DNA of 64,000 nt from Pelagibacterales bacterium SAG-MED17 (GTDB taxonomy: Bacteria; Pseudomonadota; Alphaproteobacteria; Pelagibacterales; Pelagibacteraceae). A model generated the notes under the pieces. It worked only from the letters and a program-made list of their open reading frames with translations. It had not been told where the DNA came from and made no database searches. Of the stretch, positions 39,283 through 49,153 are shown piece by piece. The stretch spans positions 7,303 through 71,302 of the forward strand of contig JACWDO010000003.1 of assembly GCA_014654115.1 (NCBI GenBank). Direction: 5' to 3'. A program made the position numbers and the translations under genes. The stretch's first letter is position 1. Each line of letters opens with the position of its first letter.

Positions 39283-40790
39283 TGTCAAAAAGAATTGTTA
39301 GAAACATTTTCGAAAACGTAAAAGATGAAAACATTGCACTAACTTCTGAAATCAGCTCAAAACTAAGTTACAAAGATTTAAAATTATTTATCAATAAAAT
39401 TTCTAAACAGCTGGCTGGAAATGGCTTATCGAACAAAGATAGAGCAGCAATAGTTTTACCAAATGGACCGTATATGGCTTCAAGTTTTTTGGCTATTTCA
39501 AGCTACATGTCTGCGGCACCTTTAAATCCCTCGTATAAGTCTGAGGAGTACGAATTTTATTTGAAAGATTTAAACCCAAAAATTGTTTTGGTTGAGAAAA
39601 ATTCTGACAATCCAGTTGTCGATGTAGCAAAAAAATTAAAAATAGAATTATGTGAAATTAATCCAGAGAAAGATGGACCTTCAGGAATATTTAATATTTA
39701 TGAAAATGAAACTGAATATTCTTTACCTGATGAAAATGACGAGTCGTTAGTGCTTCATACATCTGGCACAACATCAAGACCAAAGATTGTTCCTTTAACA
39801 AATAAAAATATTTTTTCTTCAGCAGAAAATATTTCTAAAAGCTTAAATCTTTCAGAGAATGATCATTGTCTGAATATTATGCCACTTTTTCATATTCATG
39901 GTCTTATCGCAATTTTAGCTTCATCAATGAAAGCTGGCGCTTCTGTTTGTGCATCTAATGGATTTAATGCTATTAAATTTCTCGATCTAGCAAAATCAGA
40001 AAAAATAAATTGGTACTCTGGCGTGCCTACAATGCATCAAACTATTTTATTAAGAGCACGTAGAAATTCAGAAATTGCTAAAGAACTTAAACTAAGATTG
40101 ATTAGATCATCATCTGCATCTTTACCGCCAGCAGTATTTAAAGATTTAAATGATGTTTTTAATTGTCCAGTGATTGAAGCATACGGTATGACTGAAGCTA
40201 CGCACCAAATGACTTCAAATCCATTGCCACCAAAGCAACAAAAGGCAGGATTTGTAGGCCTTCCAGCAGGCCCAGAGGTATGTATTATGAGCGAAAATGG
40301 AGGTGTCTTGAAACAAGGCGAGGAAGGCGAGGTATGTATCAAAGGTGAAAATGTAACGCTTGGCTATGATAATAATGAAGAAGCAAATAAAACAAGTTTT
40401 ACTAATGGTTGGTTTAGAACTGGTGATCAAGGTTATTTTGATAAGGAAGGATATTTAAAAATCTCAGGAAGATTGAAAGAAATAATTAATAAAGGTGGAG
40501 AAAAAATATCTCCATTGGAGGTTGATAATGTATTAATGGACCATCCATTTATAGACCAAGCAGTTTGTTTTGGATATGATGATAAAATGCTTGGAGAAAA
40601 TATTGCTAGTGCAATTATAATAAAAAGTGGAGTGACTTGTTCAGAAAATGATATTTTAGAATATGCTCAAAAAAAACTTGCTAAGTTTAAAATACCAAAA
40701 AAAATTTTTTTTGTTGAAGAAATTCCAAAAGGAGCTACAGGTAAATTACAAAGAAACGTTTTAGCAAAAAAATTTGGTTTAAATAATTAA
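39282..40790 (+). CDS. Acyl-CoA synthetase, oxalate-CoA ligase-like
   Basis: LHTSGTTSRPK, PLFHIHGL, EAYGMTEATHQM, GWFRTGD, ATGKLQR; resembles the AAE3/Pcs60-type oxalyl-CoA synthetase subgroup. Confidence 0.75.
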   Translation: MSKRIVRNIFENVKDENIALTSEISSKLSYKDLKLFINKISKQLAGNGLSNKDRAAIVLPNGPYMASSFLAISSYMSAAPLNPSYKSEEYEFYLKDLNPKIVLVEKNSDNPVVDVAKKLKIELCEINPEKDGPSGIFNIYENETEYSLPDENDESLVLHTSGTTSRPKIVPLTNKNIFSSAENISKSLNLSENDHCLNIMPLFHIHGLIAILASSMKAGASVCASNGFNAIKFLDLAKSEKINWYSGVPTMHQTILLRARRNSEIAKELKLRLIRSSSASLPPAVFKDLNDVFNCPVIEAYGMTEATHQMTSNPLPPKQQKAGFVGLPAGPEVCIMSENGGVLKQGEEGEVCIKGENVTLGYDNNEEANKTSFTNGWFRTGDQGYFDKEGYLKISGRLKEIINKGGEKISPLEVDNVLMDHPFIDQAVCFGYDDKMLGENIASAIIIKSGVTCSENDILEYAQKKLAKFKIPKKIFFVEEIPKGATGKLQRNVLAKKFGLNN

Positions 40791-41806
40791 TGACAAAAGT
40801 TTGTATATTCGGTGCAGGAGCAGTAGGGGGCTATCTTGCTGCAGCATTAAGTAATACCGACGCAAAGGTATCCTTAATTGCCAGAGGAGAGCATAAAAAA
40901 GTAATTCTAGAAAAAGGTTTAACTTTAATAAAAGATGGAGCGTCTAATAGCTTCAAATTTTTTGTAACTGAAAATACAAAAGATTTGGAAATACAAGATT
41001 ATATATTTATTTCAATAAAAGCCCAATCCATACCTTCAATTGTTGAGTCTTTGATTCCTATTATGAATAAAAATACTACAATTATTTCAGCAGTAAATGG
41101 TTTACCATGGTGGTACTTCCATAAAGCTAACACGGGAACAATTCTAGATGAAAAACATATAGAGAGTGTAGACTTAAACGGTAAAATATGGAGCACTATA
41201 AATCCTGAAAGATCATTAGGATGTGTTGTTTATCCTGCTTGTGAGATTTTGGAACCTGGTACTATCAGAATTAATCAAGGGGATAGATTTTCTCTGGGAG
41301 AACCGGATGGAACTAAATCTGAAAGATTAGATAAAATAGCTAGCTTACTTATTAAGGGAGGACTTAAAGCACCCAAAAAAAAAAATTTAAGAGATGAAAT
41401 ATGGGTAAAATTGATGGGGAATTGTTCTTTTAATCCTGTGAGCGCTCTAACTAATAAAACTTTAGATGAGATAGGAAAAGATCCGGATTTAATAAATACG
41501 ATAAAACTTTTGATGAAAGAGTGTCGTCAAGTTGGTGAAAAAATAGGGATTAAATTCAATGTTTCTATAGAAGACAGAATAGAGGGTGCAATTTCAATTA
41601 TTGGCCATAAACCCTCAACTACACACGATATAAATTCAGGTAAACCGCTAGAAATTGACCCTCTCATTGGATCAATAATAGAATTAGGAAATAAATTAAA
41701 TATTCAAACACCGAATTTGAAAAAAATATATCTTAAAATTAAGAATAAAGCTGAAGACTTAGGTCTTTATGAAAGAAATCAAATAATTGAAAAAATTACT
41801 GAATAA
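40790..41806 (+). CDS. 2-dehydropantoate 2-reductase family protein (possible oxalyl-CoA reductase)
   Basis: GAGAVG, NGLPWWYF, GCVVYP, WVKLMGN, LEIDP. Confidence 0.78.
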   Translation: MTKVCIFGAGAVGGYLAAALSNTDAKVSLIARGEHKKVILEKGLTLIKDGASNSFKFFVTENTKDLEIQDYIFISIKAQSIPSIVESLIPIMNKNTTIISAVNGLPWWYFHKANTGTILDEKHIESVDLNGKIWSTINPERSLGCVVYPACEILEPGTIRINQGDRFSLGEPDGTKSERLDKIASLLIKGGLKAPKKKNLRDEIWVKLMGNCSFNPVSALTNKTLDEIGKDPDLINTIKLLMKECRQVGEKIGIKFNVSIEDRIEGAISIIGHKPSTTHDINSGKPLEIDPLIGSIIELGNKLNIQTPNLKKIYLKIKNKAEDLGLYERNQIIEKITE

Positions 41807-44458
41807 TTAAAAATTAAGTGAGATATCTCTGTGTACTGAATTACATTTTGAAACATAAATTGCTTGTTCTTTTGTAAGTTTTTGCTGTAATCTTAATCCA
41901 ATGGTTTCACTTAGTGCCTGTAAGTGAGCATTTATTCTATCCATATATTTTTTATTAAATTCTTTTCTCCAACTTACCTCTTTATCAAAATGTAAATATG
42001 TATCGTTAGCTATTTTTTGAATTTGTTCTGGATCTTTTTCATCTTCATCCATCAAAGTTATTAAGTAATCCAACTTATCTGCAAATTCATCTGAACCAGA
42101 AATCTCTCCAACTTTATCAAACATATTATCAATATCTTCAATGGCGTTCAGGTAGCTTCGATTATCAATTTTAGATTTTAGAATTTTAATATCATTACTT
42201 AATTCCTCGAATTTTTCGCCATCTAGAATAAATAATTTTATAAGCATTAAATCGTCGTATGCATTATCTGCTGTTTTACGATATTTTTTTACAGCTATAT
42301 TTTTTGCTTTATTAATTTTATTAAACTCATCATTTTTCGATTTCCATTTGTCAGATATTGAGTTTGCTACTTCATCTATTTCAAGTTTTACGTTCTCAAT
42401 TTTTTGTTTAATTTTATTTTTATCAGAAACTTCATCATCATCTAGGTTTCTGATTTCAGCTTTTAATTTATCAATTTTCTTATTAAGTTTACTAATTTTC
42501 TTTTGTTTTTTTCTTGTTTTAAAATGCAAGTCTTTATAGTCAATGGCATAATCATTGTAGATGGCCTGTGTATTTTTGACTTCCTCAACTAATTCAAATG
42601 TATAATTTGAATTATCAACGTGACGTTGGAAATAACTCAATTTATCTGAAGGTAAATTTGCAAGTATAATGCCATCAAAATCATTAATACTATTTTTTAT
42701 GATTTCTTCGTTATTTGTATAATTTGCAAACTTATATTCTTGCAAACAATACTGCAGTTTAGGATTCATAGGTGGTGGTGCTACCTTTGAAGTTAGATAA
42801 ACCCTATTAGGGAGGTAATTTACAAGTGTTGGGTAAGAGCCAACTATTGCTAAACCAACGAGCTGTAGAGCTATAAATGGAACAACACCTTTCCAAATAT
42901 CAAGTGTTTGAACTACTTTTGGTGCTACACCTTTCAAATAAAATAAGGCAAATCCAAATGGAGGTGTTAGAAAAGAAGTTTGTAAGTTCACTCCAATCAT
43001 CACTCCTAACCAGACAGCTGTTACGTTAGCACCTGTCTCAGCTAATAATATTGGCGCAATTATTGGAACGACAACAACTGCAATTTCAATAAAATCTAAA
43101 AAGAAGCCTAATAAAAAGATAACTATCATGACAACAACAAACTGGGTCCAAAATCCCCCAGGTAAATCTTGTAGGAAATCCCTAACTAATTCTTCACCAC
43201 CAAATGCTCTAAATCCTGAAGTAAGCATCGCAGCTCCTAATAGAATAATAAATACCATTGAAGTTGTAATACAGGTTTCGGTTACAACCTCTTTTAAAAC
43301 ATTTTCTGTTTTGTAAGTTCTCCAGAAACTCCATACTATTCCAATTACTAGAATAGCTACAAAGAAAGCAGTTATATAGATTGCTCCAATATCCCTTTCT
43401 TCCAAATTTTTTATATTCAGTTCATAATTTGATGCTAGAAAAGTAATAGGTATTATTGATCCAATTATAAATAAAAGAGGATAAAATGCACTTTTCTTTC
43501 CTTCAAATAATCTATAACCCGCCATTAAGGTGGCTCCTATCGCTCCAATAGAACCTGCTTGGTTAACAGTTGCAATACCCATTAGTATTGAACCTAAGAC
43601 TGCAAAAATTAATGCAAGTGGGGGAATAATTATAACAATTACTCTCATCCAAAATTTAAAATTAAACTCACCTTTAAATGGTACTGGTGGGGCAACTCCT
43701 TTTTTAAATCTTGCATAAAAGAATACATAAGTCATATACAGAGCAACTAGAACTAAACCTGGTAAAAGAGCTCCTAGGAACATATCTCCAGCACTTGATG
43801 ATCCAACTCTAAACTCGCCTGGCATATTAAATTCACCAGTTAATGCCTTATAATCATTCTGTCTCATATTATTAGCAACATCTGATGCGCTCGCTAATTG
43901 GTCTGCAATAATAATCAATACAATAGATGGAGGAATAATTTGCCCAAGTGTTCCAGACGAACATACAATTCCACTTGCAAGTTTTCTGTCGTAATTATTA
44001 TTTAACATTGTTGGTAAAGAAATTAACCCCATTGCAATTACTGTTGCTCCAACAATACCTGTAGTTGCTGCTAATAATGCACCAACAAATATAACTGAGA
44101 TACCTAAACCTCCTGGAATAGGACCAAATAACTGACCCATTGTAATTAATAAGTCTTCAGCAATTTTTGATTTTTGAAGCATAATCCCCATAAAAATGAA
44201 TAAAGGGATTGCAATTAAAGTGTCTGTTTCAACGTCCCAGTAATTACTTCTAAAATTTGTTATGCCAGCTACGAGCCATTCTATTGGCCCATCTACTGCA
44301 AAAAAAGCATCGGCATCTCCTTCAAATAAATATCCAAAAAATGCCGCCAAACCAATTGATATTATAGCTGAACCTGGAAGAGCAAATGCAACTGGGTAAC
44401 CAGATGCAAGAGCAACGATCATGATTAAGACTAAAACAGCTAAAAAAAATAATTCCAT
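41807..44458 (-). CDS. TRAP transporter large permease (DctM) with long soluble C-terminal extension
   Basis: AIPLFIFMG, GTLGQIIPPS, SFLTPPFGFALFY. Confidence 0.9.
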   Translation of the reverse strand: MELFFLAVLVLIMIVALASGYPVAFALPGSAIISIGLAAFFGYLFEGDADAFFAVDGPIEWLVAGITNFRSNYWDVETDTLIAIPLFIFMGIMLQKSKIAEDLLITMGQLFGPIPGGLGISVIFVGALLAATTGIVGATVIAMGLISLPTMLNNNYDRKLASGIVCSSGTLGQIIPPSIVLIIIADQLASASDVANNMRQNDYKALTGEFNMPGEFRVGSSSAGDMFLGALLPGLVLVALYMTYVFFYARFKKGVAPPVPFKGEFNFKFWMRVIVIIIPPLALIFAVLGSILMGIATVNQAGSIGAIGATLMAGYRLFEGKKSAFYPLLFIIGSIIPITFLASNYELNIKNLEERDIGAIYITAFFVAILVIGIVWSFWRTYKTENVLKEVVTETCITTSMVFIILLGAAMLTSGFRAFGGEELVRDFLQDLPGGFWTQFVVVMIVIFLLGFFLDFIEIAVVVVPIIAPILLAETGANVTAVWLGVMIGVNLQTSFLTPPFGFALFYLKGVAPKVVQTLDIWKGVVPFIALQLVGLAIVGSYPTLVNYLPNRVYLTSKVAPPPMNPKLQYCLQEYKFANYTNNEEIIKNSINDFDGIILANLPSDKLSYFQRHVDNSNYTFELVEEVKNTQAIYNDYAIDYKDLHFKTRKKQKKISKLNKKIDKLKAEIRNLDDDEVSDKNKIKQKIENVKLEIDEVANSISDKWKSKNDEFNKINKAKNIAVKKYRKTADNAYDDLMLIKLFILDGEKFEELSNDIKILKSKIDNRSYLNAIEDIDNMFDKVGEISGSDEFADKLDYLITLMDEDEKDPEQIQKIANDTYLHFDKEVSWRKEFNKKYMDRINAHLQALSETIGLRLQQKLTKEQAIYVSKCNSVHRDISLNF

Positions 44459-44461
44459 GTT

Positions 44462-45451
44462 TTAATTATCCTTACTATTTAAAATTTTATAACCACTACT
44501 CATAAAAAAACTTGTGAATTGTAACAACATCGTAATAGCAAAAATTGCAAGGTATACAGCCATTAAATAAAGTAGATATAATCCATTAGATCCTTGTTGG
44601 GTTACTTCAAATGCTACTACTGGTCCATTAATAATGCTTGCTTTACCATTTAAACCTAAAAATATTACAATCAAACAAAGTGGTATACCAAGTAATGCTG
44701 AACCAATAAAATTAGTCCAAGCTTTTTTTCTTTCACTAAAATTAGAATATAATACATCTACTCTTACGTGACCCTCATGAATTAAAGCATATGCACTTGC
44801 AAATAGATATAGTGCAGCATACCAAAATCTTACAAGGTCTCCCTGAAAAGCTTGTTCATACGAAAATATAAATCTAGATAAAACAATTACAAATTCACTT
44901 AGCACAACTAACACTGCCAGCCATATAAAACCTACAGATTTTGTGAAGTATCCAATAATAAAAGAAACTAAGATAATTGGAAAATGTATAAATGTTATCC
45001 TTTCTGGAGCTTTGACCATAAAGGCTTTGACTTCAGGACTAAAAATTGTCTCCCATAATCTTTCAACAACCATAAAAGAAATTATAAAATCAGCAATACC
45101 AACTAAAAATACTGCCCAAAAAGATGATCTAACTATATAGGCAGAAAATTTTGACAATATTTCTGAGTCTTGTTCTAAAGACTGTGAGTATGTCTTAAAT
45201 ACGTAAGAAATTAATAATGCAATACAAATTAAATACAATCCTATTTGCATGAGGCCGTAGTTTACGTCTGAAGGCTCTAAAGATTTTTGTTTATATCCAA
45301 ACAAATCGTAATGAGAAAATATTTTTTTAACACCAGGCCATTCAGCCCAAACAGTAAGAAGATTATTTAATAAAAATGCTAAGGTAAAAGCTAATACAGT
45401 ATAGCTTAAGATTCTTAGATAAAGATGAATACTATTATTTTTTGTCTGCAT
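44462..45451 (-). CDS. TRAP transporter small permease (DctQ), N-terminally extended
   Basis: EGHVRVDVLY motif; located between DctP and DctM. Confidence 0.85.
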   Translation of the reverse strand: MQTKNNSIHLYLRILSYTVLAFTLAFLLNNLLTVWAEWPGVKKIFSHYDLFGYKQKSLEPSDVNYGLMQIGLYLICIALLISYVFKTYSQSLEQDSEILSKFSAYIVRSSFWAVFLVGIADFIISFMVVERLWETIFSPEVKAFMVKAPERITFIHFPIILVSFIIGYFTKSVGFIWLAVLVVLSEFVIVLSRFIFSYEQAFQGDLVRFWYAALYLFASAYALIHEGHVRVDVLYSNFSERKKAWTNFIGSALLGIPLCLIVIFLGLNGKASIINGPVVAFEVTQQGSNGLYLLYLMAVYLAIFAITMLLQFTSFFMSSGYKILNSKDN

Positions 45452-45488
45452 GAACTTTAAAATACTAAATTTTTACTTTTATAAAATT

Positions 45489-45518
45489 AAAAAAAAGGGC
45501 CCAATAAAGGGCCCTTTT
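45489..45518 (-). terminator. Rho-independent terminator downstream of the TRAP binding-protein gene
   Basis: Minus strand AAAAGGGCCC-TTTATT-GGGCCC-T8. Confidence 0.85.
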
Positions 45519-45538
45519 AATCTTAATAAAAGACTTAA

Positions 45539-46672
45539 TTACATTCCAAGAACTCTATTTCTTTGTTGAATGTAAGGTGAGTCAGATAAGTTTGTCCAAG
45601 CACCAATTTCTTTTCTTGCTTTTAAGAAACTTGAGTGGATTCTTTCTGCAAGAGGACTACTCGCTCTTGTCTCTTCAAAGACTTCCTCTGCTGCTCTTCC
45701 AAAACCATCATAAACCTTGTCACTAAATCTCTCAAGTTTAACACCATGATCGTTGATTAACCTGTCTAATGCTGCACCATTTTTAGCATTGTACTCTGAC
45801 ATCATAACGTCATTTTCCATTGCTGCAGCAGCTTCGATTAATAATTGATCAGCTTTAGATAAACTTGTGAACCAAGACTTATTAGTTCCACATGCTAACA
45901 TTGATCCAGGCTCGTGCATACCAGGATAGTAGTAGTATTTAGCAGCTTCTTGGAATTTCATAGCTTCATCATTCCATGGACCAACCCACTCTGTTGCATC
46001 AATCGCACCAGAAACTAAGTTTTCGTAAATCTGTCCACCAGGAAGTGAAACTGGAGATCCTCCAAGTTTACCAATAACTTGTCCACCTAAACCAGGCATA
46101 CGCATTTTTAAACCTTTAAAGTCATTTGGACTTCTGATTTTTTTATTAAACCATCCACCCATTTGAACTCCTGTATCACCACACATGAAGTTTTTCAGAC
46201 CAAAACCATCTGCTAGTTCGTCCCATAACTCTTGACCGCCAGCAAATCTGATCCAAGCATTCATTTCAGTGTAAGTGAAACCAAAAGGTACTGCTGTAAA
46301 GTAACCCCAAGCAGGATTTTTCTTTACCCAGTAATAATCAGCGGCATGATACATTTGTGAGTTACCAGATGCTACTTCATCAAATGAGTCAAAAGCTTTA
46401 ACTCTTTCGTTAGCAGCATAGTAAGTAACTTGTATTCTACCGTCACTCATGTCTGTTATTCTTTGTGCAAATCTTTGAGCTCCTGTTCCTAGACCTGGAA
46501 AATCTCTTCCCCAAGTAGCAACCATTGATGCTTCAATTCTTTCAGCAGCAACAGCTGGAGCAGCTAAAGATGATGCAGCAACAGCAGCAACACCAGTTGC
46601 AGCAGCAGCTTTAAAGAACTTACGTCTTGAAGGTGATTTTTTAACCTTCAATGATTTTTTATCTTTAATCAT
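45539..46672 (-). CDS. TRAP substrate-binding protein (DctP, TakP-like keto/monocarboxylate subfamily), Tat-exported
   Basis: SRRKFFK twin-arginine signal, AVPFG, KMRMPGLGG, DATEWVGP, YYYPGMHEP; strong GAGGAG RBS. Confidence 0.9.
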   Translation of the reverse strand: MIKDKKSLKVKKSPSRRKFFKAAAATGVAAVAASSLAAPAVAAERIEASMVATWGRDFPGLGTGAQRFAQRITDMSDGRIQVTYYAANERVKAFDSFDEVASGNSQMYHAADYYWVKKNPAWGYFTAVPFGFTYTEMNAWIRFAGGQELWDELADGFGLKNFMCGDTGVQMGGWFNKKIRSPNDFKGLKMRMPGLGGQVIGKLGGSPVSLPGGQIYENLVSGAIDATEWVGPWNDEAMKFQEAAKYYYYPGMHEPGSMLACGTNKSWFTSLSKADQLLIEAAAAMENDVMMSEYNAKNGAALDRLINDHGVKLERFSDKVYDGFGRAAEEVFEETRASSPLAERIHSSFLKARKEIGAWTNLSDSPYIQQRNRVLGM

Positions 46673-46728
46673 TATTTCTCCTCTTTAGTTAATTAACTAG
46701 TGATAATTAAACATAATTGTTAGTTAGA

Positions 46729-46749
46729 GTCATTATTAAAAATAATGAC
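46729..46749. promoter_or_regulatory. Perfect inverted repeat upstream of the TRAP operon, candidate operator
   Basis: gtcattatt-aaa-aataatgac; a second palindrome tagttaattaacta lies at 46686-46699. Confidence 0.4.
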
Positions 46750-46776
46750 ATAAGGACTTAATACAACTTGAGATTG

Positions 46777-47730
46777 TTAATTGACCTTGTTTTTACAATT
46801 TCCTGTTTTGAAAAATTCGTCAAGATTATCAACAGCTAAATTAGCCATTGCTGTTCTAGTTTCCTTTGTAGCACTACCTAAATGAGGAAGTATAAAAGCA
46901 CTTTTATGTTTGTAGTAACCTTTATTTAAGTTTGGTTCATTTTTATACACATCTAATCCGACTGCATAAACTTTTCTTCTATCAAGAGCATCAATCATCG
47001 CCTCATCTTCTATTATATCTCCTCTTGCAACATTGGTGACAACTGCACCCTTTGGTAAATACTCTATTGTTTCTTTATTAATCATATCAATTGTTTCTTT
47101 TGATGCTGGGCAACATACAGACAATACATCAGATACAGATAATAGATCTTTTAAATTATCGTGATAAATTGCACCTTGCTCTTTCTCATCACTTAGTTTT
47201 GATCTATTATGATAATGGATTACCATGCCAAGAGATTTTGCAACTTTTGCAATTTTTTGTCCTATTCTTCCCATTCCTAAAATTCCTAGCCTTGTGCCAG
47301 TTAATTGTTTTCCAATTAATAAATCTGCTGACCAAACCCATCCACCTTCTCTTGCTCTTTCAATTCCTTCAGAAGCTCTTCTACAAGCGCCTAAAATTAA
47401 AAGTACTCCTATTTCTGCTGTAGCATCAGTTAAAACATCTGGAGTATTTGTTACTGCAATTCCTCTACTTTTTGCAGCCTCTAAATCTATATTTCCAAAT
47501 CCAACTGCAAAGTTAGAAAGTATTTTTACTGATTCTGGTAATTGATTGATTGTATCGGCATCAAGCTTGTCAGTTAAAGCAGAAAGGATACCATCACAAC
47601 CTTGGCTCATTTCAATTAATTTTTTTTGTGAGTATAGTTCATCGTTAAGATTTAAGTTTGCATCAAATATTTGTTTTGCCTTATCCTCACAAGATCTTAA
47701 CAATCTTCTGGTAACTAAAATTTTTTTCAT
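46777..47730 (-). CDS. D-2-hydroxyacid dehydrogenase (glyoxylate/hydroxypyruvate reductase-like)
   Basis: NTPDVLTDATAE, GMGRIG, NVARG, GLDVYKNEP, PHLGSAT. Confidence 0.88.
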   Translation of the reverse strand: MKKILVTRRLLRSCEDKAKQIFDANLNLNDELYSQKKLIEMSQGCDGILSALTDKLDADTINQLPESVKILSNFAVGFGNIDLEAAKSRGIAVTNTPDVLTDATAEIGVLLILGACRRASEGIERAREGGWVWSADLLIGKQLTGTRLGILGMGRIGQKIAKVAKSLGMVIHYHNRSKLSDEKEQGAIYHDNLKDLLSVSDVLSVCCPASKETIDMINKETIEYLPKGAVVTNVARGDIIEDEAMIDALDRRKVYAVGLDVYKNEPNLNKGYYKHKSAFILPHLGSATKETRTAMANLAVDNLDEFFKTGNCKNKVN

Positions 47731-47740
47731 AAAAAAGAGA

Positions 47741-49114
47741 TTAATTTAAATCAAAGATTTTACCAGGATTCATTATGTTATTAACATCTATTGACCTTTT
47801 AATAGATTTCATAACTGGAACATTGTCTGGGTGTTCTCTTAATAAATAGTGTTTCTTTTGTAATCCAATACCATGCTCTCCCGTAATAGTTCCTTCAAGT
47901 TCAAGAGCTTTATTGATTAAATCATCACTATACTGTCGAATTTTTTTCTGTTTTTCATCGTCATCTGGATCATAAAGAACTATAGAATGAAAATTTCCAT
48001 CTCCAACATGGCCTACCATTGGTGCTGTTAGACCCAACTTTTTAACTTCTTTTTCTGCCCATGAAATACATTCTACCAACTTAGAAATTGGGACACAAAC
48101 ATCGGTTGAATATACTTTCATATCATGCCCTAAAGATTTCACTGAATAATAAACATCATGTCTTGCTTTCCATAATTTTTTTTGCTCTTCAGGAGAAGAA
48201 GCCCATTGAAAATCACTCCCACCATTGGCTTTAGAAATTTCCTCAACAATTCCAATATTTTCATTGTTTGAGGCTTCGCTACCATGAAATTCAAAAAATA
48301 GAGTAGGCGATGCTTTTATGTTATCTAATTTTGAATACTTAATACTAATTTCCATTTGATCTTTATTAAGCATTTCAATTCTCGCTATTGGAACTCCATA
48401 TTGAATAACTTCTTGAGAAGCCTTAACTGCAGAATCTAAATCAGGAAAATAGCAAACTGCGCTCATTATACTTTCAGGTATTGGTGATAATCTTAATTGA
48501 ACTTCAGTTATAATCCCAAGAGTTCCCTCTGAACCAATAAATAAATTTGTTAAATTATATCCTGCAGAAGTTTTTTTTGTTCTAGCGCCAGTTTTAATAA
48601 TATCTCCATTTGGAAGAACAACCGTCAAACCAGAAATTACAGTTCTCATAGTTCCATACTTAACTGCCATAGTGCCTGATGCTGAAGTTGCAGCCATACC
48701 ACCAAGAGCAGCATCTGCACCTGGATCAATTGGAAAAAATACTCCATCTTCTCTTAAATATTCATTTAGCTGTTTTCTAGTAACATTTGCTTGAACTCTA
48801 CAGTCAAAGTCTTCTGCATTTACACTTAAAACCTTATTCATTTTTTCTAAAGAAATTGTTATTCCATTTTGATTTCCCACAACATGACCTTCTAAAGAAG
48901 TTCCAGTACCAAAAGGAACAACTGGTATTTTATAATCATTACATAGCTTTAATAGTTGAGAAACTTCTTCGTTAGTTTCTGGAAAAACTACAGCTTTTGA
49001 TAGAATTGGATCATATGTATCTTCACCACGAGCATAGTTTGCTCGAGTAGATTCAGAAGTTGAAAATCTTCCGTTAAAAATTTTTTTTAATTCAGTTTGG
49101 ACTGTTTCATTCAT
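47741..49114 (-). CDS. FAD-linked oxidase (D-lactate dehydrogenase/GlcD family)
   Basis: PFGTGTSLEG, GSEGTLG, GHVGDGNFH, TGEHGIG, MNPGK. Confidence 0.88.
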   Translation of the reverse strand: MNETVQTELKKIFNGRFSTSESTRANYARGEDTYDPILSKAVVFPETNEEVSQLLKLCNDYKIPVVPFGTGTSLEGHVVGNQNGITISLEKMNKVLSVNAEDFDCRVQANVTRKQLNEYLREDGVFFPIDPGADAALGGMAATSASGTMAVKYGTMRTVISGLTVVLPNGDIIKTGARTKKTSAGYNLTNLFIGSEGTLGIITEVQLRLSPIPESIMSAVCYFPDLDSAVKASQEVIQYGVPIARIEMLNKDQMEISIKYSKLDNIKASPTLFFEFHGSEASNNENIGIVEEISKANGGSDFQWASSPEEQKKLWKARHDVYYSVKSLGHDMKVYSTDVCVPISKLVECISWAEKEVKKLGLTAPMVGHVGDGNFHSIVLYDPDDDEKQKKIRQYSDDLINKALELEGTITGEHGIGLQKKHYLLREHPDNVPVMKSIKRSIDVNNIMNPGKIFDLN

Positions 49115-49153
49115 AATTAAATATTACAAAAATTTATGAAAAAAAAATATAGC

